This document shows, piece after piece, positions 60,401-64,000 of a stretch of 64,000 bases of DNA. The stretch is from Aureispira anguillae (lineage in GTDB: Bacteria; Bacteroidota; Bacteroidia; Chitinophagales; Saprospiraceae). The notes beneath the pieces are model-generated. The model was not told the DNA's origin. It searched no databases and saw only the letters and a list, made by a program, of their open reading frames with translations. The DNA is taken from contig NZ_AP026867.1 of the NCBI RefSeq assembly GCF_026000115.1, positions 2,841,716 to 2,905,715 of the forward strand, in the 5' to 3' direction. The translations under genes were made by a program, and so were the position numbers. How positions within the stretch are numbered: position 1 is the stretch's first letter; the number at the start of each line of letters is the position of its first letter.

Positions 60401-63316
60401 TGTCCATTATACTTTGACGGAAGAAATACAACCTGTTCAAGCTACACTCCTGCTTTAAACAAAGGTATTACCATTAATAATCCTCCCGACACTACAGGAG
60501 CATACTCTTGGAAACAATACACCTTAGACTTCCATGTAAACACTCCTAATATTCAACATGTTATCTTTCACCCTGCTTTTGGATCCGGATTTCGTCCTCC
60601 AGGAACGCCAACCTCCTGTTATTCTAAATATATATTATTAGATGAGATGACCATAGAAAAAATTACCCAACCGCAACTAACCGTTACTTCTACAGTTGTT
60701 GGCACACCTTGCCCAGGCAACAAAGTAGTTATAGAATATGATATTTGTTCTGATGTTCCTGTATCAGGGCTTGATTTAGAGGTTCAATTACCTCTAGGAA
60801 GTGGTTTATTATACGCCAATACTCAAGATTTTGTAAATGGTCAAATTACAGGTTTGAATTTGGGAACTGGTGGGAATCCGCTTTGTACTTTATTACAAAT
60901 AGAAATAGAAATTCCTATTGGAGCAAGTACCCCCAGTACTCAAGCTGTTTTTATGGATATTTCAGGCAGTTCTGCTTGTACCAATACAGCTTCTAACCTA
61001 ACTACAGACATTGATATTGTTGCAGGAAGTACAATGTCTATTGCTATTATTCCGTCAACAGCGGCACCGCTTACTATCGGAAATAGTTTCTTTGTAGATA
61101 TTACCATCCAAAACAATGGCTCTTATGATGTTCAAAATGTAATAGTTGATCTACTCTCTGGTCCTCTTTCCGCAGGACTCTCGCATACTTTTACCCCTAC
61201 GAATGTTGGAACAATTCTAGCTGGCGACCAATACACCATTAGCAATGTTCAAATTGATGTCCTAGGTCCTTGTGGAGATGCTCAGGTCTGTGCTGAAGTT
61301 TCTTCTGCCGATGGAGCTACCTGTAACCTTCCTGATGGATGTAGTCCTTTGTTAAGTATACTAGGTGTTGGCACTATTGGATTTCCTATTGAAACTGAAA
61401 ATCCCACTCATACGAACCCTGCTCTTTTCACAGCAACTGCAATTAGCAATAATGATGAAATTTATAGTGTTGGGCTTTTTAGTAATGATATCCATTTCAT
61501 AGAAGGGGCAAATGTAGATACTTTAATAAAAAGCCATACCTGCACTAGTCTTCTTAGTCCTTTCTTAGTCAAATATAGTGCTTGTGGTTTTGAATGGGCT
61601 ATAGAAATCCCAAGTTGTAACTTAATAGATCTCAAAACAGGTCCGGACGTAGAAGTTGGATTCAATGGAGATATTTATGTTTCATTTTCTTTTATAGGCT
61701 CTTTTATAATCAATGGAATAACATACATTAGCCAAGGTGGTGCAGATATAGCCATCATTAAATATGATGCTACAGGAACCCCTATCTGGGTTAAAGTAGA
61801 AGGAGGAATAGGCGAAGACTGGGTTACTGATATTGAAACCTATTACAATGGTACTAATGAAGAGGTTTTTATCATTGGGTCACTATTTGGTTCCTCATCA
61901 AATGCAGTTACATTTACAACTATCCCCAATACCGTTATTAATTACAACAATCTAGGAAATTTTTGTTTTTCTTGCAATGCTCCTGGGGGAATAACCTATA
62001 TTGCAGCGTATATTGATAATGGAGCATCTATTTCTACAAATTGGGTCAATTCTCTGAATAATATAGCAACATTCTCTGGAAAATTAGCTATTGATATCAC
62101 AGGAAATGTATACGCTATAGGAAGCACCAATACTAGCTTTAATTTTAATGGCACTGTAGTTGGTTCCACCTCTACCTCTTTAAATGATGGAATGCCTTCT
62201 TTTTCTAATAATGACATAGACATTTTTGTTTTAAAATATAGTAATAATGGGAATGAAATATGGGCAGAAGTATATGGTAGTCGCAGTATAGATATTGGAT
62301 ATTTAGAAGCTTCTAGTTTTGAGTTTGACATCGAATGTGAAGGTAACACCCATTTAGGTATCCTATTACCTAGTACAGCACAACCACTGTTTTCAACAAC
62401 TCAGCCATATATGCATAACTTTGGCACACATCTACTAAGAATCAATGCTCTAGATGGTAGTTTGAGTTGGGTTCAACCTATAGCAACACCAACATCATCT
62501 CCTAACCCCAATATAATAGGTAACTATACATACCGTTGCAACTTAAGCATTAGTAATTCTTCCTATTTAGTCAATGGTAGTTTTTTATTAGGAAACCCAT
62601 CTGCAGTATCTCCTCTTTATTTTCCTAGCATTACCTTTCATGGTACAACTATTAATTATACAGCAATGAGTGCCTATCCAACTTTTGATAGATATCAAGG
62701 AGCTTTTACTCTCAATTTTGATAATACAGGAAATCTACAATGGCTTAATACAAATACTTCTATTATTCCTCTTTCACCTCCATCAGATATACATTCTATT
62801 TTTAGCAATTTAGATATAGAAACAGATAACTCTGGTAATATATATGCTCCTTTCTACCTTAGAGGCACAACATCTCTAGGCAGTAATAATTTAACAGGAG
62901 GTATTAATGGAAATCAAGATGTTGTAGATGGTTTTATATCTAAAATCAACCCAGTAACAGGAGCTTATTTACGTCCTATGACTGTTAACAATTCTCTAGA
63001 TTCTGATATTACATTAGAACCTAATAGTTACAATTTATTAGCAACAAATCCAATTCCTAACAATACAATTTCTACCAAACTCACCCCTAATCCAACAACA
63101 GGAAAAGTAATTTTAGAAATCACAAGCAGTTCACAAAAAAATGAAATAGATCAGATTGAAATTTACGATATAACAGGACGCAAAGTTCAAGCAATAAATA
63201 ACAACAATCAAAACACCTTTGAATTAAATTTAAATCAACAACAATCTGGAATTTATATCCTCAAAATGATGATTAATCAAGAATACATTACCAAACGAGT
63301 TATTTTAATGAAATAA
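57413..63316 (+). CDS. Giant (about 1970 aa) T9SS cargo protein: an N-terminal LamG/ConA-like lectin domain, a PKD-like domain, an HEXXH zinc-metallopeptidase-like motif, long beta-rich repeats, and a T9SS CTD.
   Basis: Signal peptide MLKIFFLGLLLFSCRSISWAQ. LamG-like region (DGIDDKATV..FTIEVTIRNVP). PKD-like region (FIIRLKATNENGCSAYHSEVIEV). HESLHLLGF at nt 59051-59077. CTD ..KLTPNPTTGKVILEI..GIYILKMMINQEYITKRVILMK. I set the start at the ATG at 57413. Confidence 0.65.
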   Translation: MLKIFFLGLLLFSCRSISWAQSASHFDGIDDKATVYHHSDFDLNKHNFTIEVTIRNVPIDKTIRTIISKRNSSTNGFALIINTKENIELIAEIGTKSYKIDATVLKEPGCHSIALRRMEEEVTLFIDDKAYSRGPNLTNINTKENLIIGADGANIHTPFKGYIEEIRFWEVARTNQNIFDWNQKCLPKNSYGLLAHWDINETSGQFFHDIALVQHHAYLGNSLNNDHQDPKWTSNKCIIECCGSNANFLTTTSTPLASQWVKFTNTSINAVSYEWSLDNQILSTNQHWQHSFGKGVFIIRLKATNENGCSAYHSEVIEVNNSNFSYCGEEKIASDAVQALEDFENTIPLPNPLPTLKMYDRFGNRYLPKEVTIPEPLESIGSTPNSCSCGIFELHFEDMIHNRDYGFDDPTLGADRRAVTCRVFEDLSLLVNPTGTLSSNLVQIQVKKSDGRAPLENTSVNKIDQGVLAVASPYIITSYNNGTIDGLVHKTIRSGTNAIANTPGWNPNSYHGSFRVDFELPNFFLNNTNWTNTTPINQTDLYSTILHESLHLLGFYSLIDVNTNSSKLNGSQLYNRFDTYLQNAAGTPYINSTTGILNPASAFLGTANCTADVKFNSTTNPNQDIYLPSSWNFSILSHFNCSVTNGQGCASNNGYIMNACLPPGEMQRAPNQQEFNTLCDIGYQLGTSYGNSAVGTPANNVPYQTYASCSSPCPVSGIDDDLRTTIVVPNGGTVTINASDFLTNDGNPGGSYNLTTLLTSFGTISNATTTEFSFTADPTFWGTAIIQYTPICLNGNSGSNALIFITVSPPPFPACNLSTSSCNLLCFGDFETITGDATGHTVGIFDDFKTTYENSGIPTFGSATVVATTELVRFNTTTQSPNWSMLNQNLYGCTGNFVANPPLPFPIGFPNKNSYIGMISLSSTIQNYDHIYLPLAAPLDISTTGTDNYRLTFWAFTPCIDVDFRMALSDAPPCINGVNNLYDPINAPYLPTSLSNCPLYFDGRNTTCSSYTPALNKGITINNPPDTTGAYSWKQYTLDFHVNTPNIQHVIFHPAFGSGFRPPGTPTSCYSKYILLDEMTIEKITQPQLTVTSTVVGTPCPGNKVVIEYDICSDVPVSGLDLEVQLPLGSGLLYANTQDFVNGQITGLNLGTGGNPLCTLLQIEIEIPIGASTPSTQAVFMDISGSSACTNTASNLTTDIDIVAGSTMSIAIIPSTAAPLTIGNSFFVDITIQNNGSYDVQNVIVDLLSGPLSAGLSHTFTPTNVGTILAGDQYTISNVQIDVLGPCGDAQVCAEVSSADGATCNLPDGCSPLLSILGVGTIGFPIETENPTHTNPALFTATAISNNDEIYSVGLFSNDIHFIEGANVDTLIKSHTCTSLLSPFLVKYSACGFEWAIEIPSCNLIDLKTGPDVEVGFNGDIYVSFSFIGSFIINGITYISQGGADIAIIKYDATGTPIWVKVEGGIGEDWVTDIETYYNGTNEEVFIIGSLFGSSSNAVTFTTIPNTVINYNNLGNFCFSCNAPGGITYIAAYIDNGASISTNWVNSLNNIATFSGKLAIDITGNVYAIGSTNTSFNFNGTVVGSTSTSLNDGMPSFSNNDIDIFVLKYSNNGNEIWAEVYGSRSIDIGYLEASSFEFDIECEGNTHLGILLPSTAQPLFSTTQPYMHNFGTHLLRINALDGSLSWVQPIATPTSSPNPNIIGNYTYRCNLSISNSSYLVNGSFLLGNPSAVSPLYFPSITFHGTTINYTAMSAYPTFDRYQGAFTLNFDNTGNLQWLNTNTSIIPLSPPSDIHSIFSNLDIETDNSGNIYAPFYLRGTTSLGSNNLTGGINGNQDVVDGFISKINPVTGAYLRPMTVNNSLDSDITLEPNSYNLLATNPIPNNTISTKLTPNPTTGKVILEITSSSQKNEIDQIEIYDITGRKVQAINNNNQNTFELNLNQQQSGIYILKMMINQEYITKRVILMK

Positions 63317-63600
63317 CAACAATTCTTTTTTTTAATCGAAAAATAGTAGCCTTTAAGCGATTTTTGCTTAAAGGTTTTTTTTGTCCTTTGCCAAAAGAAA
63401 ACCAAATACTTATCTTTTAATAAGCGCAAAATTAACCAAGGGTTAAACAAAAGAATTATTATTAAATACTTTCAAAATGTTAAAATTTTCCTAATTTTAA
63501 AGGCTAAAATAAAATCCCCTGCTCTTCAAAAATCCATACAAAATATTTTCAATCCTAAAAAAACAAAATAACCTTTCTTAATACAAACTTGTACTAGAAT

Positions 63601-64000
63601 ATGATAAAAACTACTTACGAAAAACTGCAACTCTTACTTTGTTGCTTATTTCTCTGCTCGATTAGTTATACGAGCTGGGGGCAGGGAAGAGTAAGAATTA
63701 CAGTTACACAATTAGAAGCTGTTAATAATAGCTATTGCACAACATATATCCCACTTCTTAATATACCTCTAGAAGGTGGCCAAAGTGATTTTGTTTGGGA
63801 AATCAAAGTTGATGATGGTCAAGGAAATAGTAACACATCTCCTTCTGTTCCTAACTTAAGTCCTCTTCCCTCTGGGCAATTAGGAGGAGGCTCTAATCAT
63901 TTTTATAAAGACAATGACAATGGTCCTTATTTAGGAACTGTAGCAGCTCCTAACGGAGTTAATTTTAATCCTAATAATGGAGTTATATTTGACTTAGAAT
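63601..64000 (+). CDS. 5' part of a further secreted protein, truncated by the window end.
   Basis: I translated it by hand. ATG at 63601 gives MIKTTYEKLQLLLCCLFLCSISYTSWGQGRVRITVT.. (signal peptide), open to the end of the window. Confidence 0.35.
   Translation, partial: MIKTTYEKLQLLLCCLFLCSISYTSWGQGRVRITVTQLEAVNNSYCTTYIPLLNIPLEGGQSDFVWEIKVDDGQGNSNTSPSVPNLSPLPSGQLGGGSNHFYKDNDNGPYLGTVAAPNGVNFNPNNGVIFDLE

Noticed and set aside
1-64000. CRISPR arrays, transposases, integrases, prophage genes and rRNA/tRNA genes
   Set aside because: I searched by eye for regularly spaced direct repeats, for DDE/tyrosine-recombinase motifs in ORF translations, and for rRNA/tRNA consensus blocks. None were found.

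Overview
This is a 64 kb chromosomal segment that looks like it comes from a Bacteroidota genome. The evidence is five proteins with type IX secretion (T9SS) C-terminal sorting domains, PorP/SprF-like and PorE-like genes, a TonB-dependent receptor, AT-rich spacers without Shine-Dalgarno motifs, and many TTG/GTG-started ORFs in the supplied track. I support about 50 CDS and see no rRNA, tRNA, CRISPR array, transposase or integrase. Housekeeping content: a partial phenylacetate catabolic cluster (paaE-paaA-paaB-paaC), a ROK glucokinase, a fused alpha/beta TPP-dependent 2-oxoacid dehydrogenase E1, a Fsa/TalC-type transaldolase, an aldehyde dehydrogenase, YebC, RdgB, XseA, a Bcp peroxiredoxin, an RsmC/RlmG-like methyltransferase, a YhhQ-type transporter, a C26 amidotransferase, two tandem LspA paralogs, a PAS/HisKA_2 histidine kinase with a stand-alone receiver, and an AMP-dependent acyl-CoA synthetase. 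Accessory or surface content: a run of three T9SS cargo genes that share a Cys-rich ~230-aa domain not known to me, a 1976-aa LamG/PKD/HEXXH T9SS cargo protein, and a porP/sprF - porE-like - DUF1573 operon. The two most unusual observations follow. (1) An 892-aa single ORF fuses an HsdM-like gamma-class N6-adenine DNA methyltransferase and an HsdS-like target-recognition domain to a complete histidine-kinase core (H-box plus HATPase_c N/G boxes). It has no restriction subunit and no adjacent response regulator, so it is a candidate DNA-sequence-reading sensor kinase or epigenetic signalling/defence module. (2) An A10 homopolymer sits three codons before the stop of the PorE-like gene. A -1 slip there (equivalent to an A11 tract) reads through an S/T/P-rich linker into the downstream DUF1573 domain, which has neither an ATG start nor a signal peptide of its own. 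This suggests frameshifting, transcriptional slippage or phase variation that makes a PorE-DUF1573 fusion. Every call rests on my own reading of motifs in the translated ORFs. No database search was run.
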